In this document: positions 46,300 to 60,000 of the stretch, piece by piece
How the letters are laid out: each line of letters begins with the position of its first letter
Position numbering within the stretch: the first letter of the stretch is position 1
Assembly: GCA_002269645.1 (NCBI GenBank)
Contig: NIVC01000867.1
Location: 248,001 to 312,000, forward strand
Origin: Macrostomum lignano
Taxonomy: Eukaryota
Reading direction: 5' to 3'
Length of the DNA stretch: 64,000 nucleotides
Made by a program: the position numbers and the translations under genes
The notes under the pieces: generated by a model
What the model saw: only the letters and a program-made list of their open reading frames with translations
Told to the model about the DNA's origin: nothing
Databases searched by the model: none

Positions 46300-47303
46300 G
46301 TTAGGGCTGAAGGGAAAGGAATCTAGGGTTGCAGGGAGAGGAATCTAGGGTTGAAGGGAGAGGAATCTAGGGTTGAAGGGAGAGGAATCTAGGGTTGCAG
46401 GGAGAGGAATCTAGGGTTGAAGGGAGAGGAATCTAGGGTTGAAGGGAGAGGAATCTAGGGTTGCAGGAAGAGGAATCTAGGGTTGAAGGGAGAGGAATCT
46501 AGGGTTGCAGGGAGTGGAATCTAGGGTTGCAGGGAGTGGAATCTAGGGTTGCTGGGAGAGGAATCTAGGGTTGAAGGGAAATGAATCTAGGGTTGCAGGG
46601 AGAGGAATCTAGGGTTGAAGGGAGAGGAATCTAGGGTTGAAGGGAGAGGAATCTAGGGTTGCAGGAAGAGGAATCTAGGGTTGAAGGGAGAGGAATCTAG
46701 GGTTGCAGGGAGAGGAATCTAGGGTTGAAGGGAGAGGAATCTAGGGTTGCAGGGAGTGGAATCTAGGGTTGCAGGGAGTGGAATCTAGGGTTGCTGGGAG
46801 AGGAATCTAGGGTTGAAGGGAAATGAATCTAGGGTTGCAGGGAGAGGAATCTAGGGTTGAAGGGAGAGGAATCTAGGGTTGCAGGGAGTGGAATCTAGGG
46901 TTGAAGGGAGAGGAATCTAGGGTTGCTGGGAGAGGAATCTAGGGTTGCAGGGAGAGGAATCTAGGGTTGCAGGGAGTGGAATCTAGGGTTGCAGGGAGTG
47001 GAATCTAGGGTTGCAGGGAGTGGAATCTAGGGTTGCAGAGAGTGGAATCTAGGGTTGCAGGGAGTGGAATCTAGGGTTGCAGGGAGTGGAATCTAGGGTT
47101 GCAGGGAGTGGAATCTAGGGTTGCAGAGAGTGGAATCTAGGGTTGCAGGGAGAGGAATCTAGGGTTGCAGAGAGTGGAATCTAGGGTTGCAGGGAGAGGA
47201 ATCTAGGGTTGCAGGGAGAGGAATCTAGGGTTGCAGGGAGAGGAATCTAGGGTTGCAGGGAGAGGAATCTAGGGTTGCAGGGAGAGGAATCTAGGGTTGA
47301 AGG
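46300..47303. repeat. 22-bp G-rich minisatellite ATCTAGGGTTGCAGGGAGAGGA
   Basis: Direct inspection. Confidence 0.97.
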
Positions 47304-48106
47304 GGTCGTTAACCAGTTGATTAAAATCGTGTCGCGTGTCTTGGCAGGCAGTCAAGGCAATGAAGAAAACATTTTGTTAATAATATAATTGCCTTGGGCT
47401 CACAATAGTTACAAGATACAATTTGTAGAAACCAGTTGCAGAGTTGATACAACACAAACAAAAACTAAAAAGCAAACAATTAAGGCTTTTGTTAAACACG
47501 CAAAATTTTAGATAAAAGAAGCGCAAAATTTTAAGGGAAAACTAATCAATGCTAGTTAAAGTTTTTATAATTATATCAGCTGTTTTTTCAATCATATTAA
47601 TGTCGGTGGTTGCACTATTTAAACACAATATATTTATTACTATTTAGCTATGAATATCTTATGAACAAATTGGCTCACAAACCTGAGGTGCTGAAAATAA
47701 TTGGTTATTATTTCTAATAGAAATCAAAATATAACTGCGGAAAAATAGATTTTTGTATATCACACGCGTGTTATACTACTAATAATGCCTTGAAGCAAAA
47801 AAAAGTTATAAAGCGCCGTGGTCCGGGGTTCGATGCCCATCTTTTAAGGGGCTACAAGTTTCAAAGCATGGAAATTATAACTAATTTTAAATAACGTATA
47901 AATTTGAACTGAAGGTATTGCAAAAAAAATTAACAACAAACATTATTTACCATTTTTTATTAAGTTCGAATTCGTGCCAAAATAGGCTTTGTTATAAACA
48001 ATCGTATGAACACAATGCCAATTAAGTCATTTTGGCGCTAATTTAAATTAAATTTTAAATTGAAACATCTGAACCTCTAGCTATACAAATTACTGTACCT
48101 ACTAAA

Positions 48107-50086
48107 CTACCTAATTAGCATATAGAATGCAAAAGACGCGCCAGCAACCAGATGACTCAAATAGTCCAATTCTGCCCATTTGCTCAGCGTGTGCTGATAA
48201 GAGTAGCCCTGCTCAGATATCGGACTAGTGTCGAACAGCAGGCCCAGATAGGACAGGTGAAATATTGCCAGACAGGTGAACAGCAGGTTCGATAATCTGC
48301 GGCCAGCGATCTGCCTGCCCGGGTGCTCCATGCACTGGTGGGCGCTCGATCCGTTAGAGGCCTGGCCGCTGCCGCCTTCGCCGCCGCCTCCAGCAGAGCT
48401 GCAGGGCCGGGACTCGATGCACAGATTGAATATGCTGGCTAGACGCTGCCGAAGCACTGGATGAGGTGGAAAAATACAGCAGTCACATTCTGTGATACAT
48501 GTACATAGTTATGGTTAATCCTTGATACTTTGGACCATCAAATTGAGAATTTCCACTGCACTCGGCCATAGACAACTGCAGAAAGCCTGTGTCAGCTGAT
48601 CATTGAGCTCAGGCATGTACACTGTACACCAGTGATCGGGCAAACTTAAAAAATTCAGCTCATGACTGCACGCCAGATGAGAGGCGATTAGAGAGAAGAT
48701 GCGAGAGAGGAGAGGGGAAATATATGATAGGGGAGAGAAGAGAGGAGGAGGGGGAGAGAAGAGGCGAGAGAGGAGAGAGGAAAGAGAGAAGATGGGAGAG
48801 AGGAGAGGGCAGAGAAGAGAAGAGAGGAGAGTGAGAGAAGAGGGAAGAGAGGAGAGGGGAGAGAAGAGAGAAGAGGCGAGAGAGGAGAGGGGAAAGAGAG
48901 AAGAGGCGAGAGAGAGGGGATAGAAGAGAGAAGAGGGAAGAGAGAAGAGGGGGGAGAAGAGAAAATAGGGGAAAGAGATGAGAGGGGAGAGAAGAGAGGA
49001 GAGCATGGAGAGGAGGAGAGAGAGGAGAGGGGAAAGGGAAGAGAGGAGGAGAGAGAGGAGAGGGGAAAGGGAAGAGAGGAGAGGAGAGGAGACAGAAGAG
49101 ATTAGAGTGTAGAGAGGGGGAGAGAGAGCTGAGAAGACACAGATGAGCAGGCCAGATTGCTATTGTGAAGTTTTGAAGAACCCGAGGGCCGGATACAGGC
49201 TTCCCGGGGCGGAGTTAGCCGACTCTGCTGCACGAGAGTACGCGCTTGAAAGAGAGCGTACGTACTTGAGTTTGGCGCAAAAAGCCTGTTATAGAATCAA
49301 AGCAATAAAACGCACACCCAGCTTACCGTATTCAATATAGCTGTAAACTCCTATTGACAGGAGAACCGCTGATAGTTGAAAGTTCATGCCCTAAAAAAGA
49401 CGAGTACAAAACAAACAAGACTGATTGTATGTCTTACAGCATTTAATGATAAGCTAAAATACGATTACATATTAACTCACATGCAGCAATGAGCTGGCGA
49501 TATAGGTGAGCAGTACGGCTGGAAATTTGCCATAGTGCAGGCTCTGATTAAATACGTACTGCTTCAGCCAGCGGTGCATTGGCAAATTCCAATTGGTCAC
49601 GACGTCAACTAGGGATCTGGGCAGCTCCACGTTCAGTGGCTTGCACACTCGTAGGTCCCTGGATTATTTTTGGAGAAGTTTGTGGGAAACACATGTCTGC
49701 CTGTCTGTCTGCCTGCCTGTCTGTCTGTCTGCCTGCCTGCCTGCCTGTCTGTCTATCTGCCTGTCTGCCTGTCTTTCTGTCTGTCTGCCTGCCTGTCTGT
49801 CTGTCTGTCTGCCTGTCTGTCCGCCTGTCTGTCTGTCTGCCTGCCTGTCTGCCTGTCTGTCTGCCTGCCTGTCTGTCCGCCTGTCTGTCTGTCTGTCTGC
49901 CTGCCTGTCTGTCTGTCTGTCTGTCTGTCTGTCTGCCTGCCTGTCTGTCTGTCTGTCTGCCTGTCTGTCCGCCTGTCTGTCTGTCCGCCTGCCTGTCTGC
50001 CTGCCTGCCTGCCTGCCTGTCTGTCTGTCCGCGTGTGCTTATTTATATGTTTATGTATCTATCTACGGGTTATCTATCTATCTATC

Positions 50087-50159
<73 letters not shown>

Positions 50160-53100
50160 CATCTACCATCTATCTATCTATCTTATCTATCTATCTTATC
50201 TATCTATCTATCTATCTCTAACTATCTATCTATCCGTATATCTACTTATCTATCAAGGAGTTAGGTATAAAAATTGCTGACATGATCGGTTAAGTGCTAC
50301 TACTAGCATACTGATGACTGAAAGAATGAAAGTTGAAACCTACACAAATGACGTGTGATTACGCAATAGAATAAAACGCAAGAAGAAAAAAATAGCACAA
50401 AACCGCTACCATTTAGTCTCGGAGTTGCCGGCCTCCCTATACCTGGAAGCGCCAATACCGGATGCTATGGCGGTGGCCTCGGACGTGTAGCAAGTGAAAT
50501 AGTGACTGAAGCGAAACGATTGCGCATCTCTAAACGCGATTAGCCATCTGAAAAATGTTTTTTTAATAAAACAAATTTGAAAGAAAGATATGAAAGGCAA
50601 TAGCAGTTCCAAATTTAGCATCTAGTAGAAATCTATATAACTAATACTCACTTATAAGAGCCATCAATGATGATCCAATTGCTGAAACAGGTGGAGTACA
50701 ATAGGCTACCAATTGACAGCACGTAGGCACGAATCGCTGTTAGTAGCCAGGAGAAATTCTGCAATGTAGTGCGAATGTGTTTGCCGTGAGAAACGCATCA
50801 ACTGTACTATGATAGATGAGATAATAAACACGAGTGTGAGATAAGGGATGGAGTCATGAGAATGAGATAAGAGAGGGAGACACGAGGGTGAGATAAGAGA
50901 GGGAGACACGAGGGTGAGATAAGAGAGGGAGACACGAGGGTGAGATAAGAGAGGGAGACACGAGGGTGAGATAAGAGAGGGAGACACGAGGGTGAGATAA
51001 GAGAGGGAGACACGAGGGTGAGATAAGAGAGGGAGACACGAGGGTGAGATAAGAGAGGGAGACACGAGGGTGAGATAAGAGAGGGAGACAAGAGGGTGAG
51101 ATAAGAGAGGGAGACACGAGGGTGAGATAAGAGAGGGAGACACGAGGGTGAGATAAGAGAGGGAGACACGAGGGTGAGATAAGAGAGGGAGACACGAGGG
51201 TGAGATAAGAGAGGGAGACACGAGGGTGAGATAAGAGAGGGAGACACGAGGGTGAGATAAGAGAGGGAGACACGAGGGTGAGATAAGAGAGGGAGACACG
51301 AGGGTGAGATAAGAGAGGGAGACACGAGGGTGAGATAAGAGAGGGAGACACGAGGGTGAGATAAGAGAGGGAGACACGAGGGTGAGATAAGAGAGGGAGA
51401 CACGAGGGTGAGATAAGAGAGGGAGACACGAGGGTGAGATAAGAGAGGGAGACACGAGGGTGAGATAAGAGAGGGAGACAAGAGGGTGAGATAAGAGAGG
51501 GAGACACGAGGGTGAGATAAGAGAGGGAGACACGAGGGTGAGATAAGAGAGGGAGACAAGAGGGTGATATAAGAGAGGGAGACACGAGGGTGAGATAAGA
51601 GAGGGAGACACGAGGGTGAGATAAGAGAGGGAGACACGAGGGTGAGATAAGAGAGGGAGACACGAGGGTGAGATAAGAGAGGGAGACACGAGGGTGAGAT
51701 AAGAGAGGGAGACAAGAGGGTGAGATAAGAGAGGGAGACACGAGGGTGAGATAAGAGAGGGAGACACGAGGGTGAGATAAGAGAGGGAGACACGAGGGTG
51801 AGATAAGAGAGGGAGACACGAGGGTGAGATAAGAGACATAACGGTGAGATAAGAGACATGGGGTGAGATAAGAGACATGCGGCGAGATAAGAGACGTGGG
51901 GGTGAGATAAGAGACATAAGGGTGAGATAAGAGACATGGGGGTGAGATAAGAGACATAAGGGTGAGATAAGAGACATGGGGTGAGATAAGAGACATGCGG
52001 CGAGATAAGAGACGTGGGGGTGAGATAAGAGACATCAGGTGAGATAAGATACATGGGGTGAGATAAGATACATGGGGTGAGATGAGATATGCGGCGAGAT
52101 AAGTAAGAAAAGAGCTCACCATGGGCCTATCCTTAATCTGTATAATAGTCATATAGTCCAAGAAGGCGACCCAGGGCCCGAACACAACTGTGCCAACGTT
52201 AAACGCATATCCGAAAAATTCGAACACCCCAGGCACCAGTAGCAGCAGTTGCCGATCTAAATCAAATCCGATAGATACTACTTTCAGCGACAGGACCATC
52301 AGGGGCCCGCGGATTTTTTGCCAACTGTCAGCCGGCAGATACACTTGGCTGAAATGTGATTATTAATAAAAATATAACACTATAATTGCTAGTATTTAGT
52401 ATTTAACATAGACAAAGCTAAATTGATGATTGTCTCACCAAATCAGATGAAATATTAGCGACAATAAGGCAGTTGCTAGGCCGCAACGCCTCGATAGAAA
52501 CGTGTGAGCCAATAGTATGGTGATGTAGGCTAATAGGCCCTGCAAATATTCGTTGGTTAATTAAATGCTAATTATGGTCTGATGCACCAGATGATAAAAT
52601 AGAGGACGCTTAATGATTGACAAAACCGCGAGATTATGACTGACCGGAAATGGAGATTATGACTGACCGGAAATGGAGATTATGACTGACCGGAAATGGA
52701 GATTATGACTGACCGGAAATGGAGATTATGACTGACCGGAAATGGAGATTATGACTGACCGGAGATTGAGATTATGATAGACCGGAAATGGAGATTATGA
52801 CTGACCGGAGATTGAGATTATGATAGACCGGAAATGGAGATTATGACTGACCGGAGATAGAGATTATGACTGACCGGAAATGGAGATTATGACTGACCGG
52901 AGATTGAGATTATGATAGACCGGAAATGGAGATTATGACTGACCGGAAATGGAGATTATGACTGGCCGGAGATAGAGATTATGACTGACCGGAAATGGAG
53001 ATTATGACTGACCGCAGATAGAGATTATGACTGACCGGAAACAGAGATTATGATAGACCGGAAATAGAGATAACAATCGACCAGAAGTGAATGGTGACTA

Positions 53101-53647
53101 ACCGGATATAGAAATAATGATGACTGACCGGAATTGATAGGGAAAACCACATGACTGACTGGAAATGGTGAGAAATAGCAATAAAAACTCTCACCTGCAG
53201 CAGTACCAGCATAGTGAACTCCTGAAACAGATGATGCAATATAACAAGTCCCAGACAGCCGGAGCTGACGTGAATAATCTGCCTAGGCAGAAAGCTAATA
53301 CCAGTCTCTTCGAATCCTTCGCCAACCGTATGGCAAAGCACTTTAAACAGGATGCACATAATAAATATTGGCAGTGTGAACACCAGGCCCTGCTGCAGCG
53401 CAGTCCGTACGCAGTTATTAAACAGATCGGTCAGGCTGACTCGCCTAACCAAGTAGCCGGCGCCGCCGACAACGCCGGAAGTGGAATAGGCGGCGGCGGC
53501 GGCTGCCGATCCGCCAAAACCGGCAGCGGCGGCCGACATCAAAGCGGCCGCGGCAGTAGCTTCATCTTCAGAGTTCAATAAGGCGGCCAGCTGTTCGTCT
53601 AGGAGTTGATCGCCGCTGCCGCCGCCGCCGCCACCGGCGCCCGACAT
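48107..53647 (-). CDS. PORCN: Porcupine, Wnt O-palmitoleoyltransferase (MBOAT), about 539 aa
   Basis: Exons 53647-53195, 52539-52439, 52348-52120, 50758-50652, 50547-50410, 49658-49481, 49390-49327, 48456-48107; all phases match. Motifs [66 protein letters not shown], catalytic SSLLHG, VLRQRLA, HTLSKW. Confidence 0.95.
48656..49220 (-). mobile_element. Unclassified dispersed repeat with an expanded CT/GA tract, copy 2 (last porcupine intron)
   Basis: Homologous head and tail to 11645-11898, with the purine tract 48690-49135 about 2.5-fold longer. Confidence 0.65.
49695..50250. repeat. Compound (CTGT/CTGC)n plus (ATCT)n microsatellite
   Basis: Direct inspection; porcupine intron. Confidence 0.95.
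50845..52100. repeat. 26-bp minisatellite GAGGGTGAGATAAGAGAGGGAGACAC grading into a 21-bp variant
   Basis: Direct inspection; unit switch near 51835. Confidence 0.97.
52630..53150. repeat. 23-bp minisatellite GACCGGAAATGGAGATTATGACT
   Basis: Direct inspection. Confidence 0.95.
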
Positions 53648-53971
53648 TTATTGACTTCAATAACCGACAATAACCGGTAATTATTAATAATTAATACTCA
53701 ATTGTATTGTCATCGGTTAACTAGTGTCATTGAAGGAAAATAACACACGGCAGTAAAATATCCACAGAAATTTAATTTTGAACGGGGATTGTAAATTGCA
53801 GATTGCTGACTACTAACAAATGAGTAGCAAAAATAGAATAAGCAAGATTAGATAAAAGTGGCCAGGCAGTCACGTGATGCAATTAGTACATGGGTAAATG
53901 TACACTGGGGGAGAAACTGTTGAAAGATAACTGAAACTAATTGCTACTGTAATTATAATAATTGATTACAC

Positions 53972-54204
53972 CTGCGTACGGCTGTTCAGTCCAAGGACTG
54001 GGGGGGGGGTCGCCACACACAGCCTCAATTACCCCAGCTAATGCTGGCACCCATTTTACAGCTGGGTGAACTGCAGCAATGCAGAGTTAAGTGTCTTGCT
54101 CAAGGACACAAATTGTTCCGAGAGGGATCGGGAATCGAACCCCTGACCTTTCAGGCGACTCGCCGCGAGAGTCCGACGCTCTAACCACTATAGGCTACGA
54201 CCCC
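53972..54204 (-). mobile_element. SINE family 1, full length, upstream of porcupine
   Basis: GGGGTCGTAGCCTATAGTGGTTAGAGCG...GGTTCGATTCCC...CORE-like domain...GGACTGAACAGCCGTACGCAG. Confidence 0.9.
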
Positions 54205-55029
54205 ATTTTTTGTGTAATGGGTTAAAGTATTTACATATAAAATGGTTCCCAGACCTATACAGATTCGTAGGTCATGACAAGATCAACTTTAATTGACTAT
54301 AATTGTTGGTATATGGAATTTTTAAGCGCCATATTTACCGTAACTTATATTCTAATTGAAGTATTCATGATTCTATAATTATTGGGATACTTTAAAATCT
54401 AAAAGAGTAGGGTAGAGATGTTGGTTGGTGTTTTTATTTGACTGATACAAGCTAGAATCCTGAACAGAAAATTGAGGCCCTATTTATAGCTCAACAGTCT
54501 CATATATTAAATATCAAATAACAATAAAGAAACAATGCACAAAAGTCTTCATTGCTCTCTAAAAAACACTATGATGCAATCTACAATTCAGTAATGCAGA
54601 TATTTATTTGATTTATAACACAATAATAACAGAATATATTTAGTGTATATAATAATTGAGTTTCTTTTGTAGCAGTTGTCAGGCGCTAATCATTGATTCT
54701 AGAATAGAATAAAGACATCCCATCAGATGCTAAGCTAGATATGCGCAAGGCGTTGCTAGTTACTGTTTGAACTGTTAATATCAAATATGATTTAACACAT
54801 AATCTCAGCTGTCTTTTATATAAGAAAGAATTTAACAAAAAAGTTGATTAACTATTATTTTATTAATACAACACTAATAAACAAGCACAATACCAATCTA
54901 GAATAACAAACAACAATAATAGAAACATTGAATAGAAGATGGGCAAGATCTAAATATACTACTGAACTGTGCTAGTTGAAGTGTAAATTTTACATTTTCT
55001 GAGGTTTTTTTACTTAGTAGAGACAATGA

Positions 55030-55680
55030 CTTTCGGCGCCTGACTGACACTAAATTCGGCGCCTTACGGACACTAAATTAGACGCCTGACTGACAAGAAT
55101 TTCGGCGCCTTACTGACACTAAAGTCGGCGCTTTACTGAAATTAAATACGGCGCCCATCTAACACTAAATTCGGCGCCTGGCTGACACTAATTTCGACGA
55201 CTGACAGAAAAATTTCGGTGCCTGACTGACAATAAATTAGGCGCCCTACTGACTAAATTCAGCGCTTTACTGACACAAATTTAGGCGCCTGACTGACAAT
55301 ACGCTTGGCGTCTAACTGACACTAATTTCGGCGCCTAGCTGGCACTAGTTTCGGCGCCTGACTGACACTAACTTTAGCGCCTTACTGACACTAATTTCGG
55401 CGCCTGACTGACACTAACTTTAGCGCCTTACTGACACTAATTTCGGCGCCTGACTGACACTAACTTTAGCGCCTTACTGACACTAATTTCGGCGCCTTAC
55501 TGACACTAATTTCGGCGCTTACTGAAACTAAATACGGCGCTTTACTGACACTAAATTTGGCGCCTGACAATACGCTTGGCGTCTAACTGACACTAATTGC
55601 GGCGCCTTTCTGACACTAATGTAGGCGCCTTTCTGACACTAATGTAGGCGCCTTTCTGACACTAATTGCGGCGCCTTTAA
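55030..55680. repeat. 21-23-bp minisatellite TTCGGCGCCTGACTGACACTAAT
   Basis: Direct inspection. Confidence 0.92.
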
Positions 55681-56354
55681 CACGAGATTTAATGCTAATA
55701 AAGAATAAATCTGAGTACACATATAAGACTACAAATAATACACAAAAGGTACGAAAATGATATATTTTATCAATTAAAACAAAAAGGTGCACATTTTAAA
55801 TTATGCGCTTCAATTAGAGATAAACGCTGCAAATTGAACATATTATGCTTTGAAAACGTTTTGCATTAAAACAAATTGTTTTAATTTTTTATTGAATACA
55901 GAATTATGCGGAATAAAAGTGCATTGAAATATAGCGAATAAGAATCACCTGAAGATATGCATTCTACTACTTTTAGTCAGTAGAAAGTTATGAATGGAAA
56001 CAGGAGTATAATTAATAAAATTACTGACTTACTATCACAAATTTTATTTTAAAATTTAAATATTAGTTTAACAAAAAATCAAGGATAAAATATTAATGTG
56101 AACTGAATCTACTATAAGTAAACATTATTGTAATAAACAGTTTAATTCTTAAGCAAAATAAGTGCAGAAACGAATCACTTCTACTTAAAATTGATATTCC
56201 TAATCCAAAGAAGACACTGATTACACTAAAAAGCTATAAACAGATTTAGTAAGTCTTGAATATGCAGATTCCCGACGATAATTATATAAGTTATAATTAA
56301 TTAACATGATTAATACATTAAGAGAACTAATTACTGATATTTAATTGATTATTA

Positions 56355-56900
56355 TCCATCAATGACCTCGATCATTATTCATCAATGGCCTCAATCATTA
56401 TTCATCAATGGCCTCAATCATTATTCATCAATGGCCTCAATCATTATTCATCAATGGCCTCAATCATTATTCATCAATGGCCTCAATCATTATTCATCAA
56501 TGACCTCGATCATTATTCATCAACGACCTCAATCGTCATTCATCAATGACCTCGATCATTATTCATCAATGACCTCGATCATTATTCATCAATGACCTCG
56601 ATCATTATTCATCAATGACCTCGACCATTATTCATCAATGACCTCGATCATTATTCATCAATGACCTCGACCATTATTCATCAATGACCTCGAACATTAT
56701 TCATCAATGGCCTCAATCATTATTCGTCAATGGCCTCGATCATTATTCATCAATGAACTCGATTATTATCTAATTATGAAACTGATCATTGTCTATCAAT
56801 GACCTCAATAATAATCCATAAATAACCTCAATTATTATTCGTCAATGACCTGGATCATTATCTATCAATGACCTCGATAATAATTCATTAATGACCTCGA
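56355..56900. repeat. 23-bp minisatellite ATCAATGACCTCGATCATTATTC
   Basis: Direct inspection. Confidence 0.93.
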
Positions 56901-57056
56901 TCATAATCAATGAATGACTTGTTTTTTTACAAAATCGTAACCAATGACCACAATCAGATCATACATCAATTGTATTCTTCTCCTACCAAAAAAGCTATCT
57001 ATTCACGACAATGAGTAAATGACTGACTAGATACTAAAAAAACACCGTAGCGAAAC

Positions 57057-60000
57057 CTAAGGATTCGCATCAGGGGTCGACGGCGTTACGGGCCGTGGAT
57101 TGGGCGCAACGACCAGGCCGTCGTCGCGGAACACCCGACCGAAAGCGGCTTCCAGTTCGGCGGCGTTCTCGTTGGGAGACCCGGCAGCAGCGGCGGCGGT
57201 GGAGGCCGAAGAGAAATCGGCGAAATCTTCGCCGCCGAATGTCGCCTGCGGTGGCGCCTGGCGCGGCGGTGGCGCCGGCGGCGCAGGTTCAGCGTCGGGT
57301 ACGACAGGAGACCAAGCGGCGGGTTCGGGTAGAGGCTTGCGTTTCGGCGATGGAGATCTGGGGCGATGCTGAGCAGATGGAGTGGATAGTTGCTGCTGCT
57401 GGTGTTGCTGGCCGCTCCAAGGGTCGAAAGCGACAGGATCTCCGGTGGCTCCTTGCGGCCGAGGCGGAGGCGGCGGCGGCGGATGGCGCGGCTGGGGCGG
57501 CGTCTGCTGCTGATGCGGACCGGGCGACGGTCTAGGACCCATCGGATGCTGCAGATGAGGACCAGGAGGTCCGGGACGTGGTCCTCCCATGGGATGCGAC
57601 GGCGGCGGATAAGGACCCGGAGGACGAGGTCCCATGGGGTGCTGAGGCCCAGGCGGTCGAGGACCCGGATGCTGAGGCGGATGAGGACCCATTGGTTGCT
57701 GAGGCCCAGGCGGTCGAGGACCCGGATGCTGAGGCGGATGAGGTCCCGGATGCTGAGGCGGATGAGGACCCGGATGCTGAGGCGGATGAGGACCCATTGG
57801 TTGCTGAGGCCCAGGCGGTCGAGGACCCGGATGCTGAGGCGGATGAGGACCCGGATGCTGAGGCGGATGAGGTCCCGGATGCTGAGGCGGATGAGGACCC
57901 GGATGCGGAGGCGGATGAGGTCTCGGATGCTGAGGCGGCGGTCTTGGCGCTGTCATCATGCGCGGATCTGACGGGTGCGGCTGCGGCGGCCCCGGCCTGG
58001 GGAATCGACCATCGGGCGGACCGCCGGGACGCTGCATCGGGCCAGAAAAACCAGCGGGTGGTGGAGGTGGTCGTTGGAACCCCTGCGGAGGCGGAGGCTG
58101 CGGCTGCTGTTGCTGCTGAAGAGAAGCAGGCGGTGGTGGCAGCGGCGGTTGCTGCGGCGGCTGCGGCGAAACCGACGGTGGCGGCGGCCGTTTCGGCAGC
58201 GGCGGCAACGGCGGCGGAGCCGGCGCCGACTTAGCTGGAGATTTTGGCGGCGGCGGCCGAGCAGGCGGTGGCGGCAACGGCGGCGCAGGCGATGGCGAGC
58301 GTCGATCGGCGGCCAAATTGAGATTGGAGCCCTGGCGCTGGCCGGCAAGACCGCCGGATGTCGGGTGGAGCTTGAGCAGGTCAGATGCGCTGTGCGACTG
58401 TTTTATCGACTGCGCCCCGTGCGCCACCGGCAGGTACATCGACGCGCCGGCCAGGGCGACATCGTCAGCGTCGGCAATCTCGTCGTCTTCGTCGCCGACA
58501 ATTCCGTCGACGTCGAAATGAGCGACGGCGCTGCCGGTTAGCGAATCGTCGTCGACACTTTCAGCCTCGGCTGCGGCATCGGGGCAGTCGGGATCTTCGA
58601 CGATGTCGGCCATGGCCCGTTTGCGCCAGTCGGGCAGGTGCAGCTCCACCAGGACCTGCCGACCGTCGTCCAGTTGGGTACCAGCGATTTCCTGGAAATT
58701 GAGGTTGTGAATACGTTTCAGCCGATTACTAAGATGCACTTTAGCAAGACAGCCAGTAACAGACACATGCCAATCAGCAAGACAGCCACCAACAGACAAC
58801 CATTAGCGGTCTCACCTGAACAGCTCGCAAAGCTGAGACACCTTCAGCGTAAGTGAACAGAGCTGAATCTGCCTTCAATCTAACCAGCAATATTCTGCCG
58901 CAATTGCCAAACAGCTCGATAAGAAAGTCCAAAGATGCATCATCGAAATAGTCCGTGTTGGTTACGCGGGCAATCACTGTGCCGTCGGGCGGCCCGATCG
59001 CATTGAGATGCGCCTCGTAGAGGGCATTTCGACGGGCCCGATTCTCGCGGGACACCTGCAAGTAGGAGTTGAGATGTTGCATACTTTTTTGAGATGATTG
59101 GTAACGATAGCCCTCGCTGATAGGGAAGAGCCAATTTCTCAAACAGGATAGAGGGAATTCCCAGAGAGGATAAAGGGAATTTCTCAGACAGGATAGAGGG
59201 AATTACCAGAGAGGATAAAGGGAATTTCTCAGACAGGATAGAGGGAATTACCAGAGAGGATACAGGGAATTTCTCAGACAGGATAAAGGGAATTCCCAGA
59301 GAGGATACAGGGAATTCTCAGACAGGATTGAGGGAATTCCCAGAGAGGATACAGGGAATTTCTCAGACAGGATAGAGGGAATTCCCAGAGAGGATACAGA
59401 GAATTTCTCAGACAGGATAGATGGAATTCTCAGACAGGATAGAGGGAATTCTCAGACAGGATAGAGGGAATTCTCAGACAGGATAGAGGGAATTCTCAGA
59501 CAGGATAGAGGGAATTCTCAGACAGGATAGAGGGAATTTCTTAGACAAGATAGAGGGAATTCCCTGACAGGATAGACGGAATTTCTTAGACAAGATAGAG
59601 GGAATTCTCAGACAGGATAGAGGGAATTTCTCAGACAGGATAGAGGGAATTTCTCAGACAGGATAGAGGGAATTCCCAGAGAGGATACAGGGAATTGTCA
59701 GACAGGATAGATGGAATTCTCAGGCATGGGAGAGGGAATTCCCTGACAGGATAGAGGGGATTTCTTAGACAAGATAGAGGGAAATCCCTGACAGGATAGA
59801 CGGAATTTCTTAGACAAGATAGAGGGAATTCTCAGACAGGATAGAGGGAATTTCTCAGACAGGATAGAGGGAATTTCTCAGACAGGATAGAGGGAATTCC
59901 CAGAGAGGATACAGGGAATTGTCAGACAGGATAGATGGAATTCTCAGGCATGGGAGAGGGAATTCCCTGACAGGATAGAGGGGATTTCTTAGACAAGATA

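Noticed and set aside
49141-49300. Extra porcupine exon (GC-rich, ORF-like)
   Set aside because: Exon 49390-49327 joins 48456 in phase to give YIEY-VLRQRL; this stretch is the head of a dispersed repeat.
50310-50345. CTGATGA...GAAA near 50310
   Set aside because: No complementary stems I-III can be drawn.
49579-52054. CLSV and [10 protein letters not shown] repeat ORFs
   Set aside because: Intronic micro- and minisatellites of porcupine; only 52348-52120 of the long ORF is a real exon.
57095-58702. Multiple plus-strand ORFs opposite the synaptojanin last exon (similar cases opposite gag, CDC50 and porcupine)
   Set aside because: Antisense shadows of GC-rich coding sequence.
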